63,962 nt of DNA from IMG/VR virus record IMGVR_UViG_3300009376_000002, one strand, 5' to 3'. The first letter of the stretch is position 1. Each line of letters starts with the position of its first letter. The stretch comes from an uncultured virus (IMG/VR IMGVR_UViG_3300009376_000002). Taxonomy: Duplodnaviria; Heunggongvirae; Uroviricota; Caudoviricetes. The position numbers and the translations under genes are program-made. This document shows positions 27,521 to 37,166 of this stretch, piece after piece. A model generated the notes under the pieces. It did not search any database. It saw only the letters and a program-made list of their open reading frames with translations, and had not been told where the DNA came from.

Positions 27521-28403
27521 TCCGCGCGACGTAGATCTCGTCATCTACCATAAAAATTGCACTGATGGATTTGGTGCTGCATATTCAGCATGGAGACTTC
27601 TAGGCAATAGAGCCGAGTATCTTGCATGCTCTCACGGTGAAGATCCACCCAATGTTAAAGGCAAGAATGTTGCCATCTGCGACTTTTCATTTAAAAATGA
27701 CGTCACAAAGAAGATGATCGAGGACGCTGACTCCCTGGTTATTCTTGACCACCACAAATCAGCAATGGTCGAGTTGCACGATATTCCTGACGCCATCTTC
27801 AATATGGAGAAATCAGGAGCTGTGATTACCTGGGAGTTTTTCCATCCGGGCAAGGACGTTCCAAAGTTTGTCCAGTATATTGAGGATAGAGATTTGTGGA
27901 AGTGGGAGCTTCCTTACTCACGTGAGTTCGCTGCAGCATTTGATATGGTCCAGTTTAACTTCGAAGATTTCGACAAATTCGTTGACGATTCTGTCTTTGA
28001 CGATGCAGTGAAACGTGGATCTTACATTCTCGCTTATTCAAAGACTGTTGTGAAGAAGATTGCAGCAAAGGCTATCCCACGAAAACTTGCCGGACACGAA
28101 GCCCTCGTGGTCAATGCATCACATTGGATGTCTGAGGTTGGAAATGCGCTGTCTCCTCATTGTGATCTTGCGATGATCTGGTTTCACGATCACGAGGATA
28201 AGAAGATCAAGGTAAGCCTAAGAGCTTTCCACGACAACATCGACGCGTCAGAGATTGCCAAGAAGTACGGCGGCGGAGGTCACAAGTCAGCAGCAGGGTT
28301 TACTTGGGAAAAAGGTATCGAGGAGCTATTTGACAAGCCAAAACCGAAGCGCAAAAGATCTACTAAAAAGACTGATTCTGCAAAATCAAAAGACAGCTCA
28401 TGA
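27510..28403 (+). CDS. DHH/DHHA1 phosphoesterase
   Basis: YHKNCTDG, LDHH, EDRD and GGGGH. Confidence 0.9.
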   Translation: MIPNPRDVDLVIYHKNCTDGFGAAYSAWRLLGNRAEYLACSHGEDPPNVKGKNVAICDFSFKNDVTKKMIEDADSLVILDHHKSAMVELHDIPDAIFNMEKSGAVITWEFFHPGKDVPKFVQYIEDRDLWKWELPYSREFAAAFDMVQFNFEDFDKFVDDSVFDDAVKRGSYILAYSKTVVKKIAAKAIPRKLAGHEALVVNASHWMSEVGNALSPHCDLAMIWFHDHEDKKIKVSLRAFHDNIDASEIAKKYGGGGHKSAAGFTWEKGIEELFDKPKPKRKRSTKKTDSAKSKDSS

Positions 28404-28882
28404 TCGACGTTGAATGCGGAAATTGTGGATGCAACACCACGCCAGCATGCCCTGAGCATGAAAAAGATGGTAGGCCTTCCTGGGACAAAGTTTGGATGCG
28501 TGTGGCGCATACTATTGCTGAGAGGTCTGTCGATCCTCGACACCAGGTGGGAACAATCATCGTGACGGAGGATAACACCCAGCTTCTTTCTCTAGGCTAT
28601 AATGGCAACTACAAAGGTGGGCCAAACAAAGTAGAATCAGAGGTCCCTGGCCAATCTGGTCTCATTCACGCAGAGCAGAACGCATTAATAAAACTAGATT
28701 ACAATAATCCCAAGAAAAAGAAGATGTATGTGACATTGTCACCTTGCAGTCACTGTGCTAAGATGATAGTTAACGCAAACGTAAATGAAGTGATTTATGA
28801 TGATCTATACAGAGATTCCACAGGAATAGAAATCATGAAGTCCGCAGGATTAACTGTTAGAAGATTTTCTCAGCCTAAGTAA
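28400..28882 (+). CDS. dCMP deaminase
   Basis: GYNG, HAEQNA and SPCSHC. Confidence 0.9.
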   Translation: MIDVECGNCGCNTTPACPEHEKDGRPSWDKVWMRVAHTIAERSVDPRHQVGTIIVTEDNTQLLSLGYNGNYKGGPNKVESEVPGQSGLIHAEQNALIKLDYNNPKKKKMYVTLSPCSHCAKMIVNANVNEVIYDDLYRDSTGIEIMKSAGLTVRRFSQPK

Positions 28883-28925
28883 TAAGCTGAAAGAGTTCAT
28901 ATTTATTACAGCATGGGAGTGCTCT

Positions 28926-29210
28926 ATGTCTAATCCGCTTACTCACGAAAAAGTTTTGGCAATCATCGCCGAGGAAAGACAAAAGATACAAGATGATCTT
29001 TGCAATAGCAAGAAGCACTCCCTAGGAAAGAAGGCAGATCTAATCAGCAAAGGATTACGAGTCTGCTGCAAGAAATCTAATAAGGATTACTACGTTGCCA
29101 AAAGGAAAAAAGTAGGCAAAAACATGATGTTCATACTGGTAGACCCAGAGGGAAATAGCCTAGATCCCATGCCAGCTGAACAACTTTTAAAAGGTTATAG
29201 GTTAGATTAA
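28926..29210 (+). CDS. Hypothetical protein with tag-like N-terminus
   Basis: LTHEKVLAIIAEE. ATATTTAT at 28899-28906. Confidence 0.6.
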   Translation: MSNPLTHEKVLAIIAEERQKIQDDLCNSKKHSLGKKADLISKGLRVCCKKSNKDYYVAKRKKVGKNMMFILVDPEGNSLDPMPAEQLLKGYRLD

Positions 29211-29211
29211 T

Positions 29212-29898
29212 ATGAAGAAGAAAGATGTGGCAAAAAATATCCGTGAATCTTTGGGTATGAGAAATACTGAGAGCCTCGATGAGGCGCTAGTAGTTCAAGC
29301 AAAGCCGTTTGCTATTCCAACAGAAGCCCTCTCAGGCGAAAACATTAGAAATCATTACAGCCTGTACGAGACTTACGCAAAAGATTTTAACAAAATAAGC
29401 GCAGAACTCGATGGTGCAGACAGATCTAATGCTTCATCAAATCACTCAGCGTTTAGAAGCTTGAAAATAGATGAAGTCTACAATTTAAATGCCACGTATT
29501 TGCACGAGCTTTACTTTGCTAACATCGGTGATTTGCAGAGCGAAATTACAATGGATACGCTTTCTTTCATGCGCCTTGAAAGAGACTTCGGTTCTTTTGA
29601 CGCATGGCAAATGGATTTTCTTGCTTGCGCAAAGTCATCTCGCTGCGGCTGGGTTATCACTGGATTTAATGTTTTTACTCACACTTACATGAACTATGTT
29701 GTTGATCTTCATTCTCTTAACATGCCCGTTGGTGTCATTCCCGTAATTGTTCTGGATGTCTGGCAGCATGCTTACTACAAGGACTACTTAAAGGATGTAT
29801 CTGCATATACAGTCAACATGATGAAGGAATTAAACTGGAACGTGATTGAGCAGAGGTTTGGGCGAACTGATAAGATCGCCCAGGTTATGAGAGGTTAA
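29212..29898 (+). CDS. Fe/Mn superoxide dismutase family protein
   Basis: LHELYF, FGSF, GW and LDVWQHAYY. N-terminal extension ending ESLDEA. Confidence 0.8.
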   Translation: MKKKDVAKNIRESLGMRNTESLDEALVVQAKPFAIPTEALSGENIRNHYSLYETYAKDFNKISAELDGADRSNASSNHSAFRSLKIDEVYNLNATYLHELYFANIGDLQSEITMDTLSFMRLERDFGSFDAWQMDFLACAKSSRCGWVITGFNVFTHTYMNYVVDLHSLNMPVGVIPVIVLDVWQHAYYKDYLKDVSAYTVNMMKELNWNVIEQRFGRTDKIAQVMRG

Positions 29899-29899
29899 G

Positions 29900-30526
29900 A
29901 TGAACGACAAAGATCTAAGAAAATTGATTGCAGAGGAATTTGCTGCAATAATATCAGAACAAGAAACTCAAGAAGTGCCTACAGGTGATGAACCTGATGT
30001 GCCTGCCCCAGATTCAGTAGATGTCCAGATTGATGAGCTTTTGCTGCAATATGAAAAGCTTTCTCTTCCTGACGAAGAAGAGGTTCTTGAAGAAGTTTTG
30101 ACTACTACTTCTCTTCGGTTTATTTTAGAACAAGAAGAAGTTGATGTTGAAGTCGACGTCGAAGAAGAGGGCGAAGAAGAAGGCGACGATGAGGGTGGAG
30201 AAGAAGCTGAAGCTGAAGAGGAAGATGAAGAAGTAGAGGTTGAGGAAAAAATGCCTAAGCTTGACGTCATTACTTTTGCAACTAAAGTGGCACGCCTCGC
30301 AGAGATCCCTGAGAAGGTTTTAGATCTAAAAGACGCGATCATCAATCGCGCTATACATTATCTTCAGACAAATTACGATGAGAATGTCGCAAAAGAATTT
30401 GAGACTGCTCTAATGGACAAGTTTCAGCTGGCCGTGCCGGAAGAAGAAGTTGAAAAGCTTGTTGCTTCTGATTTACCCGCACCTCCAGCAGTTGGAGCAG
30501 GCCCAGGAGGCGGCGCCGGAGGCTGA
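29900..30526 (+). CDS. Acidic tagged putative virion/scaffold protein
   Basis: MNDKDLRKLIAEEF...ISEQ and a poly-Glu tract. Confidence 0.7.
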   Translation: MNDKDLRKLIAEEFAAIISEQETQEVPTGDEPDVPAPDSVDVQIDELLLQYEKLSLPDEEEVLEEVLTTTSLRFILEQEEVDVEVDVEEEGEEEGDDEGGEEAEAEEEDEEVEVEEKMPKLDVITFATKVARLAEIPEKVLDLKDAIINRAIHYLQTNYDENVAKEFETALMDKFQLAVPEEEVEKLVASDLPAPPAVGAGPGGGAGG

Positions 30527-30808
30527 GTGGCTAAGTACAAGGACTTTGATCGACGCAAGTCTATCCATGTAAAGCTTTATACCGAGACTCATGCAGCATT
30601 CAGAGTTGAACTCATGAAAAAGAAGCTGTCTATGCAGGAAGTCTTTGAGGATTTTGCTCAAAGGGTTGTGTCTGGAGACGGTTTTGCCCATCGGGTCCTA
30701 GAGACAATTGAGAAAAGAAAGAGAAATCGGGAGATTGAAAAGCTTTCTGAGACAGACGTTGAATCTCTTTTTGATGCAATAGAAGATAATCAAAGTTATG
30801 AGGGATGA
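30527..30808 (+). CDS. Putative ribbon-helix-helix DNA-binding protein
   Basis: KSIHVKL strand followed by two helices (HAAFRVEL...SMQEVFEDF). Confidence 0.55.
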   Translation: MAKYKDFDRRKSIHVKLYTETHAAFRVELMKKKLSMQEVFEDFAQRVVSGDGFAHRVLETIEKRKRNREIEKLSETDVESLFDAIEDNQSYEG

Positions 30809-31032
30809 TGTTTAGAAACGCTAGGAAGATAAAAGATCTTGAAGCTGAAGTGAGAGACCTAAAGCTGCTTTGCACTCAACTAACCAACAACGCTATTTCT
30901 CTAATGAAAGAGCAGGCGATGCTTGCAGATGTTTTAAAAAAAGTACTTGAACATCAAAAAGTCATTGATAGGCTTATAAATACTAAATACACGATCACTA
31001 CGGCGAACGACGATGATGACATCATCCACTAG
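30805..31032 (+). CDS. Hypothetical coiled-coil protein
   Basis: Heptad pattern; coupled start. Confidence 0.55.
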   Translation: MMFRNARKIKDLEAEVRDLKLLCTQLTNNAISLMKEQAMLADVLKKVLEHQKVIDRLINTKYTITTANDDDDIIH

Positions 31033-31040
31033 GGCGAAAA

Positions 31041-31229
31041 ATGGTACAATCACTTCTAGACTCAAAGCTTAAAAAATTCATCTCACGAAAGTTTCTTGTG
31101 TGGCTTTCTTCTACTTCCTTGCTAATGTATGGCAAAATCACCGGTGAACAGTGGGTTTACATCTCAATGATTTATATTGGAACGCAGGCGGTCATCGACT
31201 CCTTCCTCCAGTGGAAAGGTAAATCCTAG
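31041..31229 (+). CDS. Putative holin
   Basis: 62 aa, SRKFLVW, two hydrophobic helices, basic C-terminus. Confidence 0.55.
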   Translation: MVQSLLDSKLKKFISRKFLVWLSSTSLLMYGKITGEQWVYISMIYIGTQAVIDSFLQWKGKS

Positions 31230-31633
31230 TGATTTTTCTCTCTAAGGCATGGGCGTGGATCAAAAAGTCCTGGAAGTTGGTTGTCGGTCTCATTGTAGGA
31301 TTCCTCGCCGCATTTTTTGCGCTAAGGGAAGGTCCTGTCTCCGAGGGTTTCAGGGCACTCATGAAGATACGCAAGGACGAAGAAGAGCTAGAAGAAAAGA
31401 TTGAAGATGAACTTTCATCTCAATCTGAAAAAGAAAAGAGAATCGACGAGGAAACACAAAAGCGCCTCGCAGAGATAGAAGAGCAGTTCAGGGAAAAGAA
31501 TCAAGAACTTGAACAAGACAAAAAAGAAGAAGTAAAAAGAATAGTACGGGAAACCGACGGTGATCCGAGTGAGCTAGCAAGGCGACTCAGTGAATTGACA
31601 GGTTTATCCGTAGCTAGTAACGATGTAGAATAG
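31229..31633 (+). CDS. N-terminal TM plus coiled-coil protein (i-spanin-like)
   Basis: WKLVVGLIVGFLAAFFAL followed by a long charged coiled coil; lies next to the holin-like gene. Confidence 0.5.
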   Translation: MIFLSKAWAWIKKSWKLVVGLIVGFLAAFFALREGPVSEGFRALMKIRKDEEELEEKIEDELSSQSEKEKRIDEETQKRLAEIEEQFREKNQELEQDKKEEVKRIVRETDGDPSELARRLSELTGLSVASNDVE

Positions 31634-31650
31634 ATTGATATGGAGATATC

Positions 31651-32673
31651 ATGAGCGAATTTGATTTTATTGATGATTATGCTGAGCCTCAAGCTAATCT
31701 TGAGACTCTTGCTGAGAATGCTGCAGAGTCAGCCATTAACATTGCCTTCATTGGCGTCGGCGGCGGAGGATGCAAGATTGCCAAGGCTTTCTTAGATCTA
31801 GGCTTTACCAAGACAATCCTGCTGAACACAACAACTAAGGATTTCCAGACAGGTATTAATGAGGACCACCTTGTTGCTCTCCCTGGTGCTGATGGTCTGG
31901 CAAAGAACATTGAGCTCGGTCGACAAGTTCTGTCTGAGAACAGCGCCTTTGTAGAAGACGCTCTTCGTACGAAGTTAGGTAAAGTTGATTGGCTCTTCGT
32001 CTGTGCAGGCGGAGGTGGTGGTACAGGATCATCTGCTTACACTCTGGACCCCGTTTTCAAGAGATTCCTAGAAACCAATGAGGCAACTGGTAAAGTTGTC
32101 TACGTTATCTCCCAGCCTACTGCACAAGAGAAGCTTAATTCTACCATCAAGAAAAATGCAGCATCCCTTCTGAAGGATGTTCAAAAAGATCCCTACGTTG
32201 TTCTTGACAATGAGAAACAGCTCAATGCTTTCCGCGGCCGCGTTGGTGTTCTAGGTCTTTACCCGGCAGCAAATAAAGCTTTTGCCAAGATGTTTTGGCA
32301 GCTTCTTCGTCTTGCTGACGAACCCTCACCCGTTCAAGTGTTTGACGGCAAGGATCTTGAGAGATTTTTAAGCTCACCCGGCCGTATGGTTGTAGGTTCT
32401 TCGATTTGTGCACCAGGACCTAACTTAGGTGTGCAGCTCTACCAGACTTGCCTAAATAATTCTCCTTGCCCGACGCCAAAGGGGCATGCTGAGACAGGTG
32501 TTCTTCTGCAAGTAATCACTGAAGATCATGCTAACGATGTAAGTATCAGCGGTCACCTTGAAGCATCAACTGCCTACGTGGGCGGAAGAACCAATACGCT
32601 TTTCTCAGGCATTTATGTTCGTGATGATCTTCCGGGACTCGTGACAGTATTAGCTTTAGGCGGCTTGAAGTGA
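31651..32673 (+). CDS. Tubulin/FtsZ-superfamily GTPase (PhuZ/TubZ/CetZ-like)
   Basis: GVGGGG, signature GGGGGTGS, LDNE and N..FA. No FtsZ C-terminal tail. Confidence 0.85.
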   Translation: MSEFDFIDDYAEPQANLETLAENAAESAINIAFIGVGGGGCKIAKAFLDLGFTKTILLNTTTKDFQTGINEDHLVALPGADGLAKNIELGRQVLSENSAFVEDALRTKLGKVDWLFVCAGGGGGTGSSAYTLDPVFKRFLETNEATGKVVYVISQPTAQEKLNSTIKKNAASLLKDVQKDPYVVLDNEKQLNAFRGRVGVLGLYPAANKAFAKMFWQLLRLADEPSPVQVFDGKDLERFLSSPGRMVVGSSICAPGPNLGVQLYQTCLNNSPCPTPKGHAETGVLLQVITEDHANDVSISGHLEASTAYVGGRTNTLFSGIYVRDDLPGLVTVLALGGLK

Positions 32674-33095
32674 GATTTCTCTTAGCTGCAGCACTGATTG
32701 TTGCACCGCAGCTATCTTATGCTGAGTGTGCTGATCTGACCCCGCTTAATCAAGGGCAAACAGCGCCGTGTGACGGCGTGCATGTAAAAGCAGCAGCGAT
32801 GGCTAAGATTGTAGTTGATATAGAAAATGCTAAGAAGCAGTGTGATCTTCGGGTAGATGAGCAAAAGAAAAAATCCGATGCTATATGCACCGGAGAGCTT
32901 GGTAAGCGCGATGTTGAGATCCTCACAATAAAGAATATTCACGAGTTAAAAGAGGATATGCGGAAGAAGCAGATTAACTTTCTTGTAACTCAACTTGATA
33001 AGTCACAGCGCCCTGGCTGGTATTTCGTTGCAGGTACTGTAGCAGGAATTGCAGTCACTATGGCATCTGCTTGGACTTTAAACCAGATAAAATAG
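32670..33095 (+). CDS. Secreted coiled-coil protein with C-terminal TM (spanin-like)
   Basis: Signal peptide ending SYA, QTAPCDGV, coiled coil, C-terminal WYFVAGTVAGIAV. Confidence 0.5.
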   Translation: MRFLLAAALIVAPQLSYAECADLTPLNQGQTAPCDGVHVKAAAMAKIVVDIENAKKQCDLRVDEQKKKSDAICTGELGKRDVEILTIKNIHELKEDMRKKQINFLVTQLDKSQRPGWYFVAGTVAGIAVTMASAWTLNQIK

Positions 33096-33142
33096 CAGTG
33101 CAAGACCATATTTATTTCGACTCACTGTTACCGGAGTAGATA

Positions 33143-34957
33143 ATGGCCGTTAAGATCACTGAAACTGCCTTGCGAGAATTTGTAAGGAACATGCTTCTAG
33201 AAGAAGCAGGAGACGATGCTCCCGCAGAGGAGACAAATCCACCTGCAGTATCTGAAATACCGATGGATAAACCGGATACTCCTTTAGAGGCAGATCCCCA
33301 AGTTGTTGATAATGAGCTTGGACCACCCACTGCAGATCCTTCCTACGTTCCCGATGGAATGCCTGAGTTAAAAGTTGCAGTTGGAAAACTTCTAGATGAT
33401 GTTCCTGACTCTGCAATCGGAACTGCTTATAAAATAGTTCGAAAATCCCTGGATAACCTGCACAGCGTTCTGAGGCAAAGGTCTGAGATCAGCCCGGGAG
33501 TAGAAGTTGTCATACCCGGTAGCTTCGAGCCTGGTGATCCTATTTCTACTGAGGAACCCGCTGATATCCTTGACTTAAGCGAAAGCACAAGCCTGGAAAG
33601 ATTAGTATACTTTATTTCTGAAGCACCTTATGAGCCCGGCCGAGTAAGCATGGATAGCTCTTTAGTTAAAGGAGTTTCCGATCCCACAGATCCTTTTGCG
33701 AACATAGAATTCGCCGAAGAAGATGAAGAGTTCGAAGAAGAAGAAATAGAAGTTTCTCCCGCATCCCCGGGCCCTCGAAGAGTTGTAGATGCTCCAAAGG
33801 GAGATGTAACAGCGGCCGGATTCGGCACTGATGACGAACAACCCGATTCTGATCTTGAAAAAATGATCGGAAGCCAAATGTCCTCAGCGCAAGCTGAAAA
33901 GATGCGAAAAGATCAGGAGGCTGCAGAAAAAGCTCAGGCTGTTATTGATAAAGAACAGGGTGTAGTTTCTCAGATGCTAGTAGATAAAAGCCTAGCTAAG
34001 AGAATCGAGATCGCAAAAGAAATGTTTGCCAGCAAGGCAAGTGCTATAGATGCAGCACTCGCGAAAGGTGACGATCTAGATACAGTTCTTGATTTTGACG
34101 AGCTTGAGAGAGTTCAAGAAGAGCTTGAGTCAACTGATGCGTTCACCCAGTCAATGCAGGCAGGATCAGCAAAGTTTAGTGAAATGTCTGACGAGCTTAA
34201 GTCACGCTATGCAGATGTTTTTCTCGGCGGTGGTGAGCCAATGAAGTCTAGTGTGTTTAGAAACCTTCAAGATTCTGCATTCATGAAATTTATGCTGGGC
34301 TTAGCTATTGGTCCCGATGTATTTGATGAGAAGTTTGTTGAATTTATAATCTCTCCCCCAGAGGATGCTAAGAAAATTAGAAGCTTCCTGATAAAGCACA
34401 CTGATGTGGCGAGAATAATGTCGAACCCCACAGCAGGCGGTGTCGAAAAAGTCTTGGACCAGCTTCGTGAAAAATCCGCTGGGAGCGACCTAGTCGACCA
34501 GTACAAACATCTTGTAACTCTTTACTTGGCTAATGATATTGATTTCCCTGGAGCAAAATCTTCAAAGTTTCACTTCAACAAAAAAGTTGGAAACGATGCT
34601 CTAGAGAAAGCAGTATCTGGCCTTATTCGGAGGGGCGAAAAAGAAGCCTACGATAATCTTGAACAGCTTCTTAACGATCCAAAGAACAAGAAGACAGTTG
34701 CAGGCCACTTAGGCAAGGGCTGGAAGATTGAACCCTGGCGGTCCAAAGAAGCTGAAGAGGAAGTACCAGCCCTAGAACCCCAGCCGGACGCTAGTCCTGC
34801 CGCGACAATTAAACGCTCAGCAGGCGGCAGAACTTTCCGCCGACGAGCAGCATCTGAGATATCTGAATCCATGACACCTGCAGATGCTATCTTGCAATCT
34901 GCTCCGGTAAATCCCGACCTAGACAAAGCCCTCCTTCTTGTGAAGGGCATTGCATGA
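33143..34957 (+). CDS. Large acidic tagged putative virion protein
   Basis: VKITETALREFVRNMLLEE. ATATTTAT at 33108-33115. Confidence 0.7.
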   Translation: MAVKITETALREFVRNMLLEEAGDDAPAEETNPPAVSEIPMDKPDTPLEADPQVVDNELGPPTADPSYVPDGMPELKVAVGKLLDDVPDSAIGTAYKIVRKSLDNLHSVLRQRSEISPGVEVVIPGSFEPGDPISTEEPADILDLSESTSLERLVYFISEAPYEPGRVSMDSSLVKGVSDPTDPFANIEFAEEDEEFEEEEIEVSPASPGPRRVVDAPKGDVTAAGFGTDDEQPDSDLEKMIGSQMSSAQAEKMRKDQEAAEKAQAVIDKEQGVVSQMLVDKSLAKRIEIAKEMFASKASAIDAALAKGDDLDTVLDFDELERVQEELESTDAFTQSMQAGSAKFSEMSDELKSRYADVFLGGGEPMKSSVFRNLQDSAFMKFMLGLAIGPDVFDEKFVEFIISPPEDAKKIRSFLIKHTDVARIMSNPTAGGVEKVLDQLREKSAGSDLVDQYKHLVTLYLANDIDFPGAKSSKFHFNKKVGNDALEKAVSGLIRRGEKEAYDNLEQLLNDPKNKKTVAGHLGKGWKIEPWRSKEAEEEVPALEPQPDASPAATIKRSAGGRTFRRRAASEISESMTPADAILQSAPVNPDLDKALLLVKGIA

Positions 34958-35340
34958 ATAAGCGCTTCTTAAAGGAGCTTAGTAGTGAACTTAGGCAGGG
35001 TGCTGCTGAAAAGCAGCAGTATACTTCGAGGCTTCTTTCTGAGATGCCAATGCCTGTCCTTCCTAGAGAAAATTTTAGATCAAGATGGGAAGTTTTGGAG
35101 TCACCAAAGCGTCTTGCACGATCATATAGCTTCCTAAGTAGCAAAAAAATGCAGGAATTTATAAATGAGCTTTTAGAATATCAGGGAAAAACAAATCACG
35201 CTGGTGACATTAGAATCAATCATGGCGATGTAATGATTGAAGTCTATACCAAGGACTTGAACTGCCTTACAGAGCTAGATTATGAGTACGCCAAGATGGC
35301 TGATCTTATCTACCAGGACCTGGAGTATTACGGTGATTAA
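34954..35340 (+). CDS. Pterin-4-alpha-carbinolamine dehydratase (PCD/PhhB)-like protein
   Basis: W...L.RSYSF...F...NHAGDI...V...YT.D...LTELD..YAK..D. Confidence 0.7.
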   Translation: MNKRFLKELSSELRQGAAEKQQYTSRLLSEMPMPVLPRENFRSRWEVLESPKRLARSYSFLSSKKMQEFINELLEYQGKTNHAGDIRINHGDVMIEVYTKDLNCLTELDYEYAKMADLIYQDLEYYGD

Positions 35341-35701
35341 TCAGAACGAAGAGAGGTTTTTCGCTTCCGAAAGCCTCCAGGGAACTTTGACACCCGATTT
35401 ACTAGAAGGAAGATCTACAGCAGGTTCTTTTGCGTTAATGGCAGGAGGCCAGGAATATGAGCTTCATTCTTATGATGAAGGGCCAACCGGCGTCACTATG
35501 ATTTTTAATTGCAGCGCTGATATGTTGCCGGCAATACTTGACGCAAATGCATCGGGTATTAATTTGCGCTGCGGAAAAAATGAAATAACCCGGGATCTTT
35601 CGAGATATGAGATCAGCTGGGATATAATTAGAATTGGGTCATCTAACTACAAGGTGACACTATCTTTTTCGAAGAACCAGGCAGGAATAATAAATGGCTA
35701 A
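35333..35701 (+). CDS. Hypothetical protein
   Basis: GTG start after a GGAG RBS. Confidence 0.55.
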   Translation: MINQNEERFFASESLQGTLTPDLLEGRSTAGSFALMAGGQEYELHSYDEGPTGVTMIFNCSADMLPAILDANASGINLRCGKNEITRDLSRYEISWDIIRIGSSNYKVTLSFSKNQAGIING

Positions 35702-35912
35702 CGAGAAATCAAATCCAAAGCCCGCTGAAAAAAATACGCAGGCCACTCCTCCGGGACCGTTTGATAAGTTTATTGATGACCAGCTCAAGAGAGAGCAGAA
35801 GAATATAGCGCGCCACAAAAGCGTAGCCGATCAAGGTGAAACACCGCAGCAGAAATACAACAGGCTTTACCGAGAAAATCCCGGTAACAAGACGGTCTGG
35901 AGAAAAAAATGA
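35694..35912 (+). CDS. Hypothetical protein
   Basis: 72 aa coupled ORF. Confidence 0.55.
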   Translation: MANEKSNPKPAEKNTQATPPGPFDKFIDDQLKREQKNIARHKSVADQGETPQQKYNRLYRENPGNKTVWRKK

Positions 35913-36586
35913 GTAAGAAGATAACAACAGGATCTCAGCTTGAGAAGTTCCTGAAGCGCCTTGTAAGTGAGAGCATGGACCAGGCCCAGGAAGAGCTTGA
36001 AAACTTAAGCGAAAATTCTATTCCGCATCTTCGAGAGCAAGAAGAAGCCGAAGAAGAAGTTGAGGAAGAAGAAGTTGAGGAAGAAGAAGTTGAGGAAGAA
36101 CCTGCTGAAGAAGATGAAGTAGACGTTGATGTTGAAGATGAAGAATCGGAGGAAGTAGAAGTCGACGTAAGTGTAGATGAAAAAGATCCAATGCAGCGTC
36201 CATCCGCAGAAGATCGTGCTCCTAAGAAGCCAGAATCTGGGGGAGAAGTCACCCTTGGAAACATCCTGTACAATATCAATCACATTCGAAGCGGGCGATC
36301 TCTTAAAGACCCAGAAGTTCGGAGCAATCTCCAGGACTATTTTAATCGCCTGAGCAACCCAGAGAGAATGGCACTCTCAGAATTCTTAGAAGGGCTCACT
36401 GATGTTATTGTCAAGGGAGTTCCTGCAGAGGATGCAGAAGATCCTGGCGATGAAGTCAAGATGAGCGAGCCTGGTGCTGATTCGAGCACCGAAGAAGTTG
36501 AAACTGAAGACGAAGTCGAAGTCGAAGAAAAAACTGCTGAAAAGCCAGCAGAAGATTTAACCCCACCAATCCAAGTACGGAGATAA
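35909..36586 (+). CDS. Acidic tagged putative virion protein
   Basis: KITTGSQLEKFLKRLVSES and Glu-rich tracts. Confidence 0.7.
   Translation: MSKKITTGSQLEKFLKRLVSESMDQAQEELENLSENSIPHLREQEEAEEEVEEEEVEEEEVEEEPAEEDEVDVDVEDEESEEVEVDVSVDEKDPMQRPSAEDRAPKKPESGGEVTLGNILYNINHIRSGRSLKDPEVRSNLQDYFNRLSNPERMALSEFLEGLTDVIVKGVPAEDAEDPGDEVKMSEPGADSSTEEVETEDEVEVEEKTAEKPAEDLTPPIQVRR
36050..36100 (+). repeat. In-frame 15 bp tandem repeat GAAGAAGAAGTTGAG x3.4 (EEEVE)
   Basis: Perfect units at 36050, 36065 and 36080. Confidence 0.9.
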
Positions 36587-36587
36587 G

Positions 36588-36785
36588 ATGAAGACCACAA
36601 CTATTACGTTGGGAAATGGAAGTGTTTTAGAAGTGCAACATACGCCGGAGTTTATAACAAAGGTGTCAGAATGGAAAGGCATCCAAAAGGAAAGGATTAG
36701 CCCGCTCGATATAAAGGATTTCATTAGGTCGTCATTTAAGATTGCAATGGATGAGGGAACCTTAGAAAAGGTTGAGGCTATCTAA
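36588..36785 (+). CDS. Hypothetical protein
   Basis: 65 aa ORF with RBS. Confidence 0.55.
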   Translation: MKTTTITLGNGSVLEVQHTPEFITKVSEWKGIQKERISPLDIKDFIRSSFKIAMDEGTLEKVEAI

Positions 36786-37100
36786 GTGAACGAGAAGCTA
36801 CTCAGACAGATCATTCGCCAGGAGCTCCAGACGCTCTCAGAGGCAAGAATGATGAAAACTCGAGAGGGATCTCGTGTTGACTATGTGTCTGAGGAGTACA
36901 TCGCGGAGCTTGAGAAAGATCTTGAAGAGCTTGTAAACATGAGAAAGCGTAGAGGCATGCGTGAGAGAGAGCGATATGTTCTATCGCGAGCCGTAGATCA
37001 TGTCAGAACAAGCCTGAAGAGAGCCACCAAAGCCCTGGAAAAGAGAAATGCTCTTCGCAAAGCCGCAGAGACAGATCTCATCACAGATAGCGAAAAGTAA
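36786..37100 (+). CDS. Tagged hypothetical protein
   Basis: MNEKLLRQIIRQELQTLSE. Confidence 0.65.
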   Translation: MNEKLLRQIIRQELQTLSEARMMKTREGSRVDYVSEEYIAELEKDLEELVNMRKRRGMRERERYVLSRAVDHVRTSLKRATKALEKRNALRKAAETDLITDSEK

Positions 37101-37115
37101 AAAATACCTTTATAG

Positions 37116-37144
37116 GTGTAAACTTTCTAGTAATGTTGTATTAT
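37116..37144 (+). promoter_or_regulatory. Promoter GTGTAA-N17-TATTAT
   Basis: Same class as the other GTGTAA promoters; AGGAGG RBS downstream. Confidence 0.6.
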
Positions 37145-37166
37145 AGACATACTAGGAGGTGCCCTA

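Noticed and set aside
31651..32673. Calling the gene ftsZ, or calling the phage nucleus-forming
   Set aside because: It lacks the FtsZ NTD and NxDFAD signatures and the C-terminal tail, and no chimallin is recognisable in this window.
36050..36100. CRISPR-like or regulatory repeat
   Set aside because: It is a spacerless in-frame 15 bp repeat encoding EEEVE. No repeat-spacer array was seen anywhere in the window.
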